The notes under the pieces were generated by a model. The model did not search any database. It saw only the letters and a list, made by a program, of their open reading frames with translations, and was not told where the DNA came from. This document shows positions 47,259 to 60,227 of a DNA stretch of 64,000 nucleotides, one piece after another (position 1 is the stretch's first letter; the number at the start of each line of letters is the position of its first letter). Source of the stretch: Alloascoidea hylecoeti (Eukaryota); assembly GCA_001600815.1 (NCBI GenBank), contig BCKZ01000001.1, positions 1,335,389-1,399,388 on the forward strand. The letters run 5' to 3'. Position numbers and translations under genes: made by a program.

Positions 47259-49594
47259 ATCATAAACTCTGTATATGTTCACATGAATATTAACAAATTA
47301 CGATAATATTCAATGTTACTACATCTAATCTATATAAAATAATCGAATTTAGAAAGAAAAAAAAAGGAAATAATTAAAGTGCTGGTTGGTTTTATATTTT
47401 ATAGGCAAGAAGAACTCTAAGCATAATGATAATAAAAAAATTACATAAAAGTTTTTATTTTGCATTATAAATGTCTTATAATAACTTTTTAAAAGAAAGA
47501 TCTCTTGTTAATTATAAAAAATAAGTGTGGATATATCTTACTTTGCGCTTTTAAAAAATTATATATTATCGTTTGCATAAATTTTATTTAATCAGAGTAA
47601 GAGATTTCCTAGTGTGTAAACTGTAATACTAATATACTGGCCGAGAACTGGCCATGGTACTAATTTTACCCCCGTGAATGTATAGCGCTGGTTGATTAGG
47701 TACGAATAAAATACCCCAAATTTGCCTCAAGCTCACCATAGTTTAAACACGTTGTGTGACTGTGATCATGAATATTTGAAATCTGCGATATAATTACAGA
47801 TTGAAATTATGATGAAACTAAGAACAATTATGTGTGAATCTTATAAGCGTAGTTAGTTTGTTAACAGTAATACAGATCTGCCACTTGACAATAAGTGTAA
47901 TTCGCACATTTGTTCAATATAATTAGCCGGATGGACTAAGCTTGCAGGTGAAGCACCATTCAGTGGCATTCACCACTACGTAGGTAATACATATATAGCA
48001 CTAATCAATCATTAATTTTCAGAGTATTTATCAAATATATTTATTGACTTTTGAATGAAGTCTGATAAGGTAAAATTTCAACTATACATCACCTTAAAAG
48101 TATTATTGTAGGAGATATTATTATATGATAAACGAATTAGCTTGGAAAACTGATATTGCCATCCAAATTTGATCCAACTACTCAAAGCTTCCCAGAGGTC
48201 TGACTCAAAAAATTTTCTCTTCATAACTAACAAAGTACGTATATAAATAAATATGATTGAAAACCTATGGTGATCCTAGTTAGCTGGAAATTAGATTGAG
48301 TATCTCGTTAACTTTCTAAGTAATGTATTATTTTGGAGGTACCATCGAGAACTGGAGATCTAACATTAATTTCGGGTTGGCTCTCTAAATATTTACTAAA
48401 TATGAAACCTATTGAATATATATAAATTTAAACCTATTGAAAACAAATACATAGTATTATACTACTTATGAGGTATAGAGATGACATTTAGATGTTCTTA
48501 AGCATGAAAATGACAGAATTTGAACATGAATGTAAGTCGGATATCTCTTTGGGATTGATTCCTACGCCATAAATTATCAGTGCACCATTTCAATGACTTT
48601 AATGTCATATTTGTTTGGTCTCTTCCATTGATATCACACTTGTATTGATTATCTCACAAGATTTGCTCACTATCATTAATAACTGTGAATGAAATACTGA
48701 TAAATTATAGAAATCGTGATAATAATATAAATTAGTAGAGCGTTATCAATACGAGTAATTGAATACCAGATAAATAAAATATGATTATGACAGGCAAAAA
48801 AATTTGTGAAGAAATATTGAAAAAGTAATAAAACCAATCAATAAATACTCTATCTAATATAAGCGGAGTTGGAGATGAAATAGAAAAAGCTTTAGTAATA
48901 TTAATAGTTAGTTCATACTTCATCTAAATATAGAAACAAGCAGCTTTTTAATGATGAAAGAACTCATCACTTTTGGATAAAATTTGTTATATGGGAAGTG
49001 TGGTTAGAGTGGAAATATTTTACGCTATTTTTAAATTAGTCCATTAATATTGTTACCACATTTGTATTCTAAAAATTTTGCAATCTAAAATTCATGTAAT
49101 AAGAAGATATATTTACAACAATTATGATATTACATACTTATTCAAATTAAATATAAAAAATTCTTCAGACCCGCCTATAAAGTTTTATATAATTATTGTA
49201 AATAGCTAATAATGATATTCGTGAACATCCTACTATAACTACGCCAATGATTTTAGATAATAGTGGTGCAAGTAACTGTACTGTACAGCTGCAGCAATAA
49301 ATTGCCTCACGATCGATATGAAATATGCATATTAATACAACTAATTGCAATAAATTCAGTTGCAAGATATCAAGTTCGATTGAAATCAAATTAAACAAAT
49401 GCTAATAAAAAAACTAAATGATCATTAGATGTTCTAAAAATATGTAAAAATCAAAATATAGAAAATTTTAGTAAGAAAACAACAAGTAAAAAATAATCAA
49501 AAAAAAAAAAAGATGATGAAATGACAAAATTGTTAATATAAATTTGAAAACTCCTAATAATTATTTAGATGAGGTGAGTAAACAATACTAACCA

Positions 49595-50548
49595 TTAAAA
49601 ATTAAACCTGGCTGTTCTATTATACAATGAGTCTCTAGGCCAAATAGTTGACTTTGTTGTTTCACTATTCTCATGCTTAGTTACTTTTTGAGTCTGGGGT
49701 ATATTAATAGAAGTATAAATCGATGGTACTTTTTGTTGTACAGTTGGCCGTGTATTAGGTAAGTTGTAAATGTCGGATGTAGTTTCAACGGATAAGCGCG
49801 GCAACTTTGCTCGAGGTTTGTTTGATCTTGTGTTCAATATAGGAGCCAATGGAGGAGCATCAGTTAAATTTGTGTTGAATTTGTTGGTGGGTACTTTATT
49901 TGTAATTGCAGTTTCCAGTTTACAATCATCTGCACAATTCAACAGAAGTGATGAATCTACTATGTATGAATAAGTTGAAACAGAAGTTCTTCTTGTAATA
50001 CTGGAATCCAGATTATCATAATCAGAATCAGAATCAGTATGGTCCAAATCCAAACCATCACTCTCAGAGTCACTTTCAGATGAATTTAAAAACTCCCAAA
50101 GAAATTTATCAGAAGAATTTTTAAATTTTTTACAAATACGGCTCATTTTTACTGCACTTGAAGATCTTTGTAAATTAACTGTAGTTCCTGCTACAATTAA
50201 ATTTGTACTATGATTTGTGGTCATGGGTAAACTCGTACTCTTCCCCTCATTAATATTTGTATCATCGCATTGTGATTTCAGTTCTATATTTGAAATTGTT
50301 GGGGTAGAATCTGTTTCATTTTTCATTATTCGCCTCTGAAGCGGTTGTTGATCTAATGGCAATGAATTTTTTGAGTCTGGATTGCAACGATCATATGTAT
50401 TACGTTTTATGAAACTAGATCCATAAGGTTTTGGGGTCTCATAATTACTTGACAACTCTTGCCAATTATTAGGGACTTCCTCTCCTAATGATCTTGCAAA
50501 ATACCGTTGATATGGACATTGAGACCAATGTGATTGTGTTTTAGGCAT
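49595..50548 (-). CDS. Hypothetical Ser/Thr/Asn-rich protein
   Basis: 317-codon ORF from ATG 50548 in AT-rich DNA; no recognisable domain. Confidence 0.6.
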   Translation of the reverse strand: MPKTQSHWSQCPYQRYFARSLGEEVPNNWQELSSNYETPKPYGSSFIKRNTYDRCNPDSKNSLPLDQQPLQRRIMKNETDSTPTISNIELKSQCDDTNINEGKSTSLPMTTNHSTNLIVAGTTVNLQRSSSAVKMSRICKKFKNSSDKFLWEFLNSSESDSESDGLDLDHTDSDSDYDNLDSSITRRTSVSTYSYIVDSSLLLNCADDCKLETAITNKVPTNKFNTNLTDAPPLAPILNTRSNKPRAKLPRLSVETTSDIYNLPNTRPTVQQKVPSIYTSINIPQTQKVTKHENSETTKSTIWPRDSLYNRTARFNF

Positions 50549-53225
50549 TTTAATAATAATAAATAAGAGCAGCCACAAAGCTTGTAGTATTTGAGTCTAC
50601 CTATTATTTGTTTTCTCTCTAGATTTGAGGTCGTTTGAACTAAATCTCGAGAACTTTTAAATTTGATACGCAGAAAAGCTATGGTTATTTCCCTTTAAAC
50701 TAATACTTAAAAACTAAGGCAAAGCAAGCTTAAGTTAAAAAGGGAATTAATGGGTAATAGACCAAGTAAAATAGGAAGTGTAAAGGAAAATAAAATATTG
50801 AGAAAGTAAGTGGTATAAATATATAATATATAGAATCTTATAGATAGGGGGGCTCCATATGCATCTAAGTTTAAGTAATTCATTTAAAAAGAAAGTAGAA
50901 TCACATATTTCTGAGCCTGTTAATATATGCATTATCTTTCAACTTTAGAGATCGTTTATAATCTGGGGTCAGTTTTTCAAGGCTTTAGTAAAATAACTAA
51001 CGCTCGAGATAGTTAAAGTTTTATAATCACTCTAGATATTAATTGCATTAGCTGGTATAATAGGCGTATGATATAGTGCTAGAATTATGGGGACGCTTAA
51101 TTATATAAAATATAAGGGGAAATAAATATTATAATTAAATTATGACAGTATATCAGCTCATCAATCATAATTGGAATTTTCTATTATGGCGCAATTGTTT
51201 TTTCCTTGTAGCCATTCACGGGAATTCAGATCTAGATGATGACTTTAGTTAATTATGTTATAAACACTCTCGAATTTATAATTATAAACTTAGTTATAAG
51301 TGATAATATTGAAATTTAATAAGTATAAGAAACTATACTTATAATTAAATCTTAATTGCATTTGTTCTTTTTAAAACATATTATAGATCTATAACAAATC
51401 GATAATAATATACACTATATAATTTATTTTCCTGATAATCAGAATTTCAGAAAGTTTAAGCTTTTTTTCAGCCGGTCGTATAGCATGGCCAGAGAGTATG
51501 CACAGAAGGAAACTCGATTAGAAAGCCATAATTAATTGAAAGTTGAAACACATCACAACACAATTGTAGCGACAACAACACCACCAGTGATTCACCAGGT
51601 CTGGTGATAATACCTAATACGTTGCGTTTAAATTTTTTGTTGCTCCAGAGCTATCACTGGTTAATAGTATTAATACATTAATTCGAGGAATATTGAATTA
51701 ATTGAGCAGACATTAACTCGAGCATAATTCACGCACGCGCAAAGTTGATGAGTATAATAAGTCATAAAATAATAATTGCTAGCTTTAGCTAGTAAGTACT
51801 AAGTACTAAGTAATAACCATCATGTCAAGCTTAAAAAGTTGACGTTATCTATTAGATCGTTAGAATTAACGGCTATAAATTTCTTTTTTTAAACTGTATC
51901 TCGATTTATTGACATCGCCGGCAATTAGATATCTGAAATTTTCAAAGATCAATATTACAAATTACAATATTATGTTAATATTTCCCATTTAGTATACATA
52001 TACCGAATTCACTGTGAAAATTTGGAAATACAGCTCACGACAGAGCGCTGCATAAGTTATTTAAATTTATTATATTTGTCGCCAAATATAATTAGCATTA
52101 CAATCATTTGGTATATTAAAAATAGAATAATATTAACTATAAATATATATCATGATTCTTTTCCTTCAAAAGAGGAAATCTTTCCTTTGATTTTCCTTTT
52201 CTTTTATTAAACTCAAATATATATTGCAATTGGGCAATTGCAATGGTCTCACACGACCATTATCCCAATTAATTGCAGTTGGGATACTATAATATCGCTA
52301 CAAATTACATGGATATCCCCCTCTTTTGGTGTAGTAGAAGCTGTCGATCTCAACTGATTTCAATTGACAGTAATAGCTGATAATAATGAGTTAGCTTTTT
52401 AATCATTGCCATTGATCTAGAGTTATAATTAGGTATAGATAGAGCAGATCCAATTGTAAGCGCTGAAAAAAATGTAATACCCGCGGAGAATTCCATCAAT
52501 ATTATTCAATTTAAAGCTGTAATTGGCCATAGTAGTATATGAATAATATTATTAAGATTACGAAACATGTCACATGGTCATTTTTGATAAACGAATAAAT
52601 AAATATTATAATGCTTATATAAAAAAAAAAAAAAAAAAAAAAAACTGCAGTTAGTAGCTACTACTAATTAATAGAACATTAATATTTATAATAGGAGAAA
52701 GAAAAATTAAAAAACTGGCGCCTGTTACTTTCAACTTCCGCTAAATAAGCTTGTTTAACATGTGCCTGCCGCCTTCGAAATCCGGTTTAAAATAAAGCAG
52801 ATGAAACTTGAAACTTTGATAGGTGTTATATTTAATTGAGTATAAGGCTGCTATAAGATCTTAATTTTAAATGTTGCTGACCTGCCACCCTTCTATATCA
52901 CTGATATGTATAAATTATATAATTGTCGTCAGCAAGACATTATAAGTTAACGTTATAACTGCGTGGTGTGAGCCTTATATAAACTTAAGACAATAATGTA
53001 GAAACAAATCTTCAATAAAACTGTATAGAATATATAATCGGAATTTTGAAAAATACTTCGTTATGTAACAGACTAACAGTATTATAGGATGAACGTGTTG
53101 ACTATATGGCGCACCTGAAGAGTTCACAATAAGTTAATTAGCTTCTTGGCGTAACGGCTAGATCAGGTATTGTAGTTCACGAATAAACTTTGTAAGTCGA
53201 AACATTGTATAGGCTACACAATTAT

Positions 53226-54540
53226 CTTCTTTTTGTAACCTTTCATAGGATCCTCAATTAAAACTTCTAACTAGAAACTATTTTTTGATATGTATTTGTT
53301 GCTTTCTACGAATCTGTTTCCACCTTTAAGTTATTAAGCGCTGTAAAGTATCTTGTGAAAGCAACTTCATCTGCGTCTTCATCTATATCGACTCTTCCTA
53401 ATCTGAAACGCTGTTTAATCATTTAACAAGACATCTGAGTCTTCAGCTGACTAAGAACCACCATAAGGAAACTTTTAAATTAAACGTCGACATTGTTCGA
53501 TCTTCTGGAGGGCTGTTAACATCTTCTTTGGGAATACTAAATATGCCAATTCTAAGCTCTGTATCTTCAGATCCAAATAGCGCCGCTACCAAATATAAAG
53601 TATCTGGTAGAATCAGTTACTTCTATCTAGATCAAGAAAAGGGTAAATAAATTAATAAAAATCTTCCTAACATCAGAGGATTTTTCTAAAAAAAAAAATA
53701 TTAATTTTTTTAACTTTATAGAAAAAATTTATAATTTCCAATTAATTGTAGAATTTCTAACTAGAAACTATATATGCAGGTATTTAATTGAGGAAATCAC
53801 TAAAAGAATGAAAAATTTTCTACATCTTCATATTAAATCTTCATATACCGGTATATTATTCTTCCTTCTCTGAAAAGTTTTAAAATGTTTTTGTTTGTCT
53901 TATTTTCTCAAGGATGATTAAGATATTCAACTTCCTCAGTCTATTTCATACATATGCATATGAATTTAAATTTTGTAGTGGTCCCTGCATATCTTATGAT
54001 CTTTCTTAACTCCAAATGCACTTTTTTTTGGGGGTAAATTGGTCCTTCTTTTCTATATTTTATTCCTTGATATTTATTATCAATGTTTTAATTCCGAGTC
54101 TGTCAGATCCCAGCATCTTTCTCATTAAGATGGTCAACGATTCTTCTAACATCTGACATAGAATGAACACCGAGTCACCGACTATCAGAAACATTATAAT
54201 CAAGTAGGATTAGAATAACACAAAATAATGGTTATATCATTGTTAATAAGGAAAAGGATATGTTCTCTATCAAACGCTGTAATGGAACCAACTAAACTCT
54301 AATGGCTGATCCTTATTTTAGTCTATGGATTTTAGTAGTTAAACAAGTTCATATTAAAGATTAACATAGGGATGAACTTTCAAGGAAGAAACTAAGATAC
54401 ATGAAACGCATTCTATTTATAGCAATTTATGACAGCTTCACACTTTTACAACTTTACAATTAAGTCAAGTTTTTTTTTAATTTTGTATAATTTCCGATTA
54501 AGATATGTAAACAATTTAGACGTCTAACTAGAAATTGATC
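53226..54540 (-). mobile_element. Older stacked 3'-end fragments of a LINE-like element (copies A about 53226-53285, B about 53703-54070, C about 54469-54540)
   Basis: Each shows a T-run/TAA...CAATTA or CGATTA...TAACTAGAAA block (53268, 53758, 54525) matching 54622. Copy B also keeps a broken ORF end (IRYAGT...EID*GS*IS*SSLRK*) homologous to IRFAGT...EIDWGILISKNLKK*. Confidence 0.72.
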
Positions 54541-54580
54541 ACTCCAAGGGTATAAAACATCTTCTCCTTTACATCTTTTT

Positions 54581-55409
54581 CTTTTTTTTTAACTTTTCAT
54601 ATATTTTCCAATTAGATTATATAACTAGAAACTATGTAAATTCTGAGGAAATCTCTACTATATATAGTGAAATAAAAACTTCTCTTTCTATTCTTCTTAT
54701 TTTTGTGTATTCTTGACACTCTTCTTTCTTCCCTTCTTATGTACCTAGACCACCTTGAAAGTAAATTTTTTTTTTTTTTTTAGATATATTTTACTTTTTC
54801 AAGTTTTTAGATATTAGAATCCCCCAATCAATCTCATTTAATATTTGTGGTGGTGTCCCTGCAAATCTAATATTTTTCTCTAGTGCCTTTTTGATAAAAG
54901 CCCCATTTTGTTCTATATGGTTATCTTTTGGATTTATGATCAATAATTTGATCTCAATTCTATCGCTTCCTAACATCAACTTCTTTAGTATTCTTATGGT
55001 TGAGCAATCTTCAAATAGATGTAAGATGTCGTCTTTACCTTGTTGACATAAACTACAAATATCAGATTTTTTCGCATTTTTTTGCATTTTTTTGCATTTT
55101 TGTTAGGATGTAGCATATGAGTAACGTATCCCAAGCTGAGTAAATGTACCCATTGTGTCTCCTCAGGGTGTTTCTTATATGTTTCTTTGATAAATCCCCA
55201 CCATTTCTTCCAATTTTCATTTTTTAGTTCCGGAATTAACTGCATCCATTTGTTTGGTTTCAGTATAATTTTGTTTTTATTATACTACTTTTGGCTTATT
55301 GATTTAATTGAGTATTTGGATATGTTTTCTTCTTCCATGTCTTTTATTCTTTTTTCGATATCTTCTCCTGCTGGGTTTTCTACCAATTTTTGTAACGCTT
55401 CTGAGTAAA
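54581..55409 (-). mobile_element. 5'-truncated non-LTR retrotransposon (L1/Zorro-like ORF2 C-terminus, 3'UTR, oligo-A)
   Basis: C-terminal CCHC finger CSLCQQGKDDILHLFEDC preceded by a Trp-rich WKKWW segment; stop at 54791; minus-strand A-runs at 54766-54781 and 54582-54590; frameshift at a 10-bp tandem repeat (55074-55101); 20-bp direct repeat at 54734-54753 and 55410-55429. Confidence 0.82.
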
Positions 55410-55472
55410 TTCTTATGTACCTAGACCACATTACTGTAAGTACAATACAGTTTTCCAGAACCTCATCGGAAA

Positions 55473-55546
55473 GGTCTCTTGGCCCAGTTGGTTAAGGCAC
55501 CGTGCTAATAACGCGGGGATCAGCAGTTCGATCCTGCTAGAGACCA
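55473..55546 (+). tRNA. tRNA-Ile(AAT), intronless
   Basis: GGTCTCT/AGAGACC acceptor stem, anticodon loop CT-AAT-AA, T-arm AGCAG-TTCGATC-CTGCT, downstream T-run terminator. Confidence 0.97.
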
Positions 55547-55939
55547 TCTTTTTGGACTTTTTTTTACAGATTTAAAATCTGTCAATAGATTACCCGGCTT
55601 ACCTTGACCAAACTTTCATTAAAAAGCGATAAGAGACATTTTTTTTTATCAAACTTTCATTTTTTTATTTATTCCCTTTAGAAATTGTTTCCTGATTTAT
55701 TAAAAAAGCAAAAACCCCCTTGTTTGTTAAGCTTATGTTAGTACAGCCCAGTTTTTTGCGTTCTTTATTTTAAGGTTTCAGAAACGTAGAAGTGACCCCG
55801 TTAAGGAGGAAACATAGTTTGATAGTTATCATAATTCATTCCAAAGAGACCCTTGGTTGGTGGAATATTGTTCATAATAAAGTTTATAATTGGTTTCAAA
55901 ATTTAAAAGCTTGCAAATTATTAATTGAAGTCTGAAGTC

Positions 55940-58900
55940 ATGGCAAGGACATCGTTGAGTAGGGGCTCCTTGATGGATGAGAATGACGAGGAAAATAGGG
56001 ATACATTGGATTCTTCCGAAGAAGAAGAAGAAGAAAATGAATCCGAGTATGAAAAGGTATGTATAGACTCAATGATATCAATTGATTTTTATAATTCTAA
56101 GTGATATAATTATTAGGTTCGAGATGGATTTATTATTGATGATAATGACGAAGAAGAAGAGATTTCTAGAGAACATAAAGCAAAAAAAAGAAAACGTTCA
56201 AGCCACCATGGACACAGAAAACATGGAAGAAGTAAAAGAGATGACGAATTAGATGAAGATGACCTTGATTTACTACTTGAAAACAATACGGGGGTAGTGA
56301 ACTATGAAGATTCGGTAAGTGTTTACATTTTTGAAGTTTTATATATTAATATTAACTAACTTTCATTTTAAGGGGAGCAAAAGGTCAAAAAATGGGGAAT
56401 CACGTAGTATTCTTGATCAGATGTTTGATGATGATATTGAAGATATTGACGATGATGATGATGATGCCGACGAAGGTCGTGAACACAGGAGATTTACAAA
56501 TCATGAAACTCTAGTTCACAATAGTAGAAAAATGTTAGATGACCTCGAAGATTTTATTACAGATGATACATCTTCAGAAAATGAAGAAGGAAATAATACT
56601 AGATATGACAAAAGACTTAAATCTGCAACGAGACACAGCACCAGCGCAACTACAAATCATTTTGATGATGACAAACTTGCCGAATTATATGATATTTTTG
56701 GTGATGGTAAAGAGTACGCATGGGCATTAGACGTTGAAGGAGACCATGATGCGGAGGATGAAGATGGTCAGTCTGATAATGAAACACCGAAACTCCATGA
56801 TATATTTGAGCAGAGCGAACTGAAGGAACGGATGTTAACAGATGAGGACAATACCATAAGAGTTTTAGACGTACCTGAGCGTTATCAGAAGCTTCGGGAA
56901 TCATTCAAATCAGGCTATAAATCGAATGATACCAATTTCCAAGAAGAACAAGAATGGGTTTCAACTAGTTTTGTCCAGGAGAAATTCCTAGAAGAAGATC
57001 CACTTGAGGTGCCAACTGCAGAAGCAGTTAAAAATATTTTAGTATTTCTTGTGAAAGAACAACTGGAGGTTCCATTCATCTGGTATCATAGGCGTGATTA
57101 TATGCTCTACGTGGAGGAGGGAAAGACGGCTACCTTAATCTTGGACAATAATGATCTTTGGAGAATATTGCAACTAGACGTTGAGTATCGTGCTATCCAT
57201 GAACAGCGGCAGATAGTAGAAAAGTTATATGAAACAATTGATAAAGATGATCCAATTTATGAAGATATCTACAGAATGGCCGACAGTATCATCTCCTATC
57301 AAGATTTATTTGATTATTTGCAATTTCAATACTCTAGCACCCTGAGAATTAATAACGAAGGATCAACAAGAAGACATCATAAATATGGTCTTTATGATAG
57401 AATCCGGAACGATAGAATGTATGATCTTGTTAGAGGTATAGGAATAGCTGCTAGGGAAGTTGGTGAAAATATTATATCCACTGATCGAGTCTTTCAAACC
57501 ATAGATACCGATGAATATCCGGAGGATATTGTAAACAGATTATTAGAGGATCCACAGGGAATGTTTCATAATAAAGCTCAATACACGAGTGCTGCCAAAG
57601 AGATGTTTGCACAGGAGCTAAATCATGATCCAAGGATTCGTCGTGCTGTTAGAAATTATTATTCACTTTACTGTATGTTTTCAGTTGCAGTGACTGAAAA
57701 GGGTAAACTCAAAATTGATGACAAGTCGCCTTACTATGATTTCAAATATGCAATTAACTTATCCAAACAGTTGCTTAATGGCCATCCAGATAGGTATTTA
57801 AGAATGCTAGAAGCGGAGTCAAAAGGATATATATTTCTTAAAGTTTTTTTACCTGAATATGAAGACTTTATTGAACAATTGAAAACTAATATTTTATCAG
57901 AGAATGATGGCGCTTATGCCACCGCTTGGAATGAATTTAGGTTGGAAACGTTAAATGCAACCCTTCAAAAATTGCAGCCTTTGATGGAACGTAGCATCAA
58001 AGAAGAGCTTAGGAAGGAGTGTGAAAGATACTTATTTTCCTTGGTTCGTGATTCTGTTGGAGTAATGCTTAGACAAGCTCCATTTAAACCCCCGGCTTAT
58101 GTTCCAGGAACTGTTCCTCGTGTTCTTACTATTTCGTTTGGATTTGGAAATCCTTATAAAGATGCTGTTTTTGGGTTTTATTTAGACGAAAATGGAACTA
58201 ATTCTGAACATGTAAAATTTGAAAGTGAACCTAAATTAGCAGAATTTAGGCTTGAATTCGTTAATTTAGTTAAGCGTCGGAAACCTGATGTAATTGGTAT
58301 TTGCGGCTATACTATTGAGTCTGATGGCCTTCGAGCAATTTTGGATGAGATAATAAAGGAGGAAGAGCTTTCAACAGTAAATGAAGATGAGAATCCTATA
58401 TTAATCCCATTGGTATGGGTTCGTGATGATGTAGCAAGATTGTACCAGAACTCCAAACGTGCATTGGCTGAATTTCCTGATCAACCACAAGTTGGAAGAT
58501 ATTGTGTTGGACTTGCTCGTTATTTACAATCGCCCCTATTGGAATATTTAAATCTCGGTAAGGATGTTAGATCAATTCAATTTGATCCACATCAAAGACT
58601 GCTTACCGAAGAAAGATTACAGGAGGCGATTGACTCTTCATTTGTTGATGTAGTAAATACTGTTGGTGTTGATATTAATCAAGCAGTTAATGAACAATAT
58701 TATGCGGCAGCACTGCCCTATGTTTGTGGTTTGGGTCCCAGGAAGGCTTCTGGAGTATTACAGGCAATCCAAGCAAGGGGATCTAGGCTCTTAAATCGTA
58801 CAGAATTAATTACTGGTCAAATAACCACAAAAACTATATTTATGAATTGTGCTAGCTTTTTGAAGATACCTTATGAGGAAAATACGTTTAGAAATGAGGA

Positions 58901-60227
58901 AATTGAGCTGCTGGACGCTACGAGAATACATCCCGAAGATTATGATCTTGCAAGAAAAATGGCTGGTGATGCTTTAGATCTAGACGAGGAAGATTTATTA
59001 GATCTGGAAACAACTGGGGGTGTGATTTCTCAGATTATTGGCAATGATGAAACATATAAATTAAATGACCTTGAGTTAGAATCATATGATCGAGAGCTTT
59101 CGAAATTAGATTCTAGCCTCAGGAAGAGGTTCAACTTGGAGTTAATTAAGCAGGAATTGCAAAATAACTACGGCGAATTGAGAGATGACATGATTCAGCT
59201 GAGCACAGATGATGTTTTTACTATTTTAACAGGTGAAACTAAGGACACATTACGAGAGGGTATGATTGTTCCTGTCCTGATTAAGCGGATTTTTTCCAGT
59301 TTTCTAATTGTTAAATTGCCTTGTATGATCGAAGGAGTTGTGCAACGACAGTACATTACCGACCGTGAGGATGTTCCTCATCCATCTGTTTTATTTCATC
59401 CCAATCAAACGGTATCAGCGAAACTAATAAAACTCGACAAAGAAAATTTTAAAGCTGAGCTATCCACTAGGGAAAATGAGGTTTCCGACGCTCGTGAAAA
59501 TGCTAAAAAGAAACAATTCTTTTGTAAAAGTGAGACTTGGGATTTTGAGCAAGAGCAGTTAGATAGGCAACAGGAATCCCGAAAGAAACAGGCAGAAGCC
59601 AGAGCAAGTAGGGTTGTTAAACATAGATTATTCAGAAATATGGACTCAAAGGAGGCAGAAAGATTTTTGGAACCATACCAAAGAGGGGACGTTATCATCC
59701 GTCCTTCATCACGTGGTATTGATCATCTTGTAGTTACTTGGAAAGTCGGCAAAAACGTATATCAACATTTGGATATTAAAGAAAAAGATAAACCTAATGA
59801 ATATTCGCTTGGACGCAAATTAGAAATCGAGGATCAAACTTACGCAGATCTTGATGAATTGATTTTATATCATATCAAATCAAAAGCTAAAAAGATTGAT
59901 GAGCTTATTCATTCCGAGAAATGTTATAAAGATGTCGATACTCTTGATAAAATCATTCTTCAACTTTCCAACTCTAATCCCAATCGGGCCTACTATGGAT
60001 TTGCTTTAAATCCAACGAACCCTGGCTATTTTTTTCTTCATGTAAAACCTCCCAAGAGCAATAATATAATTGGTTGGCATGTTAAAGTTGTCATTGACGG
60101 GTATATGATGAGGGGTCACTTTTATACAGATCCGATGTCTCTGTGTAATGGATTGAAAACTCTGATGATGAGTGAGGCTGAAAACAAAAGGAACCTGCCG
60201 AAGAAAGGTCATCATCGTAGATTTTAA
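55940..60227 (+). CDS. SPT6: Transcription elongation factor / histone chaperone Spt6; exons 55940-56056, 56117-56314, 56373-60227
   Basis: Acidic N-terminus (DSSEEEE, VRDGFIID), LEVPFIWYHRRDY, GLGPRKA, LLDATRIHPEDYDLARKMA, SH2 (IIRPSSRG); two short introns; 1389 aa. Confidence 0.95.

Noticed and set aside
52621..52644. A24 tract as a retroelement tail
   Set aside because: Opposite orientation to the LINE stack, with no adjacent homologous 3'UTR block or TSD.
53290..53620. Coding-like minus-strand stretch between LINE copies A and B
   Set aside because: Translations show no similarity to the LINE ORF end or any motif I recognise.
47260..55400. Gene-poor AT-rich region as a possible centromere
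   Set aside because: No CDEI-II-III arrangement or large inverted repeat seen; cannot be supported from sequence alone.
6275..60215. Many 60-120 aa ORFs antisense or out of frame within annotated genes
   Set aside because: Shadow ORFs of real coding sequences with no independent evidence.
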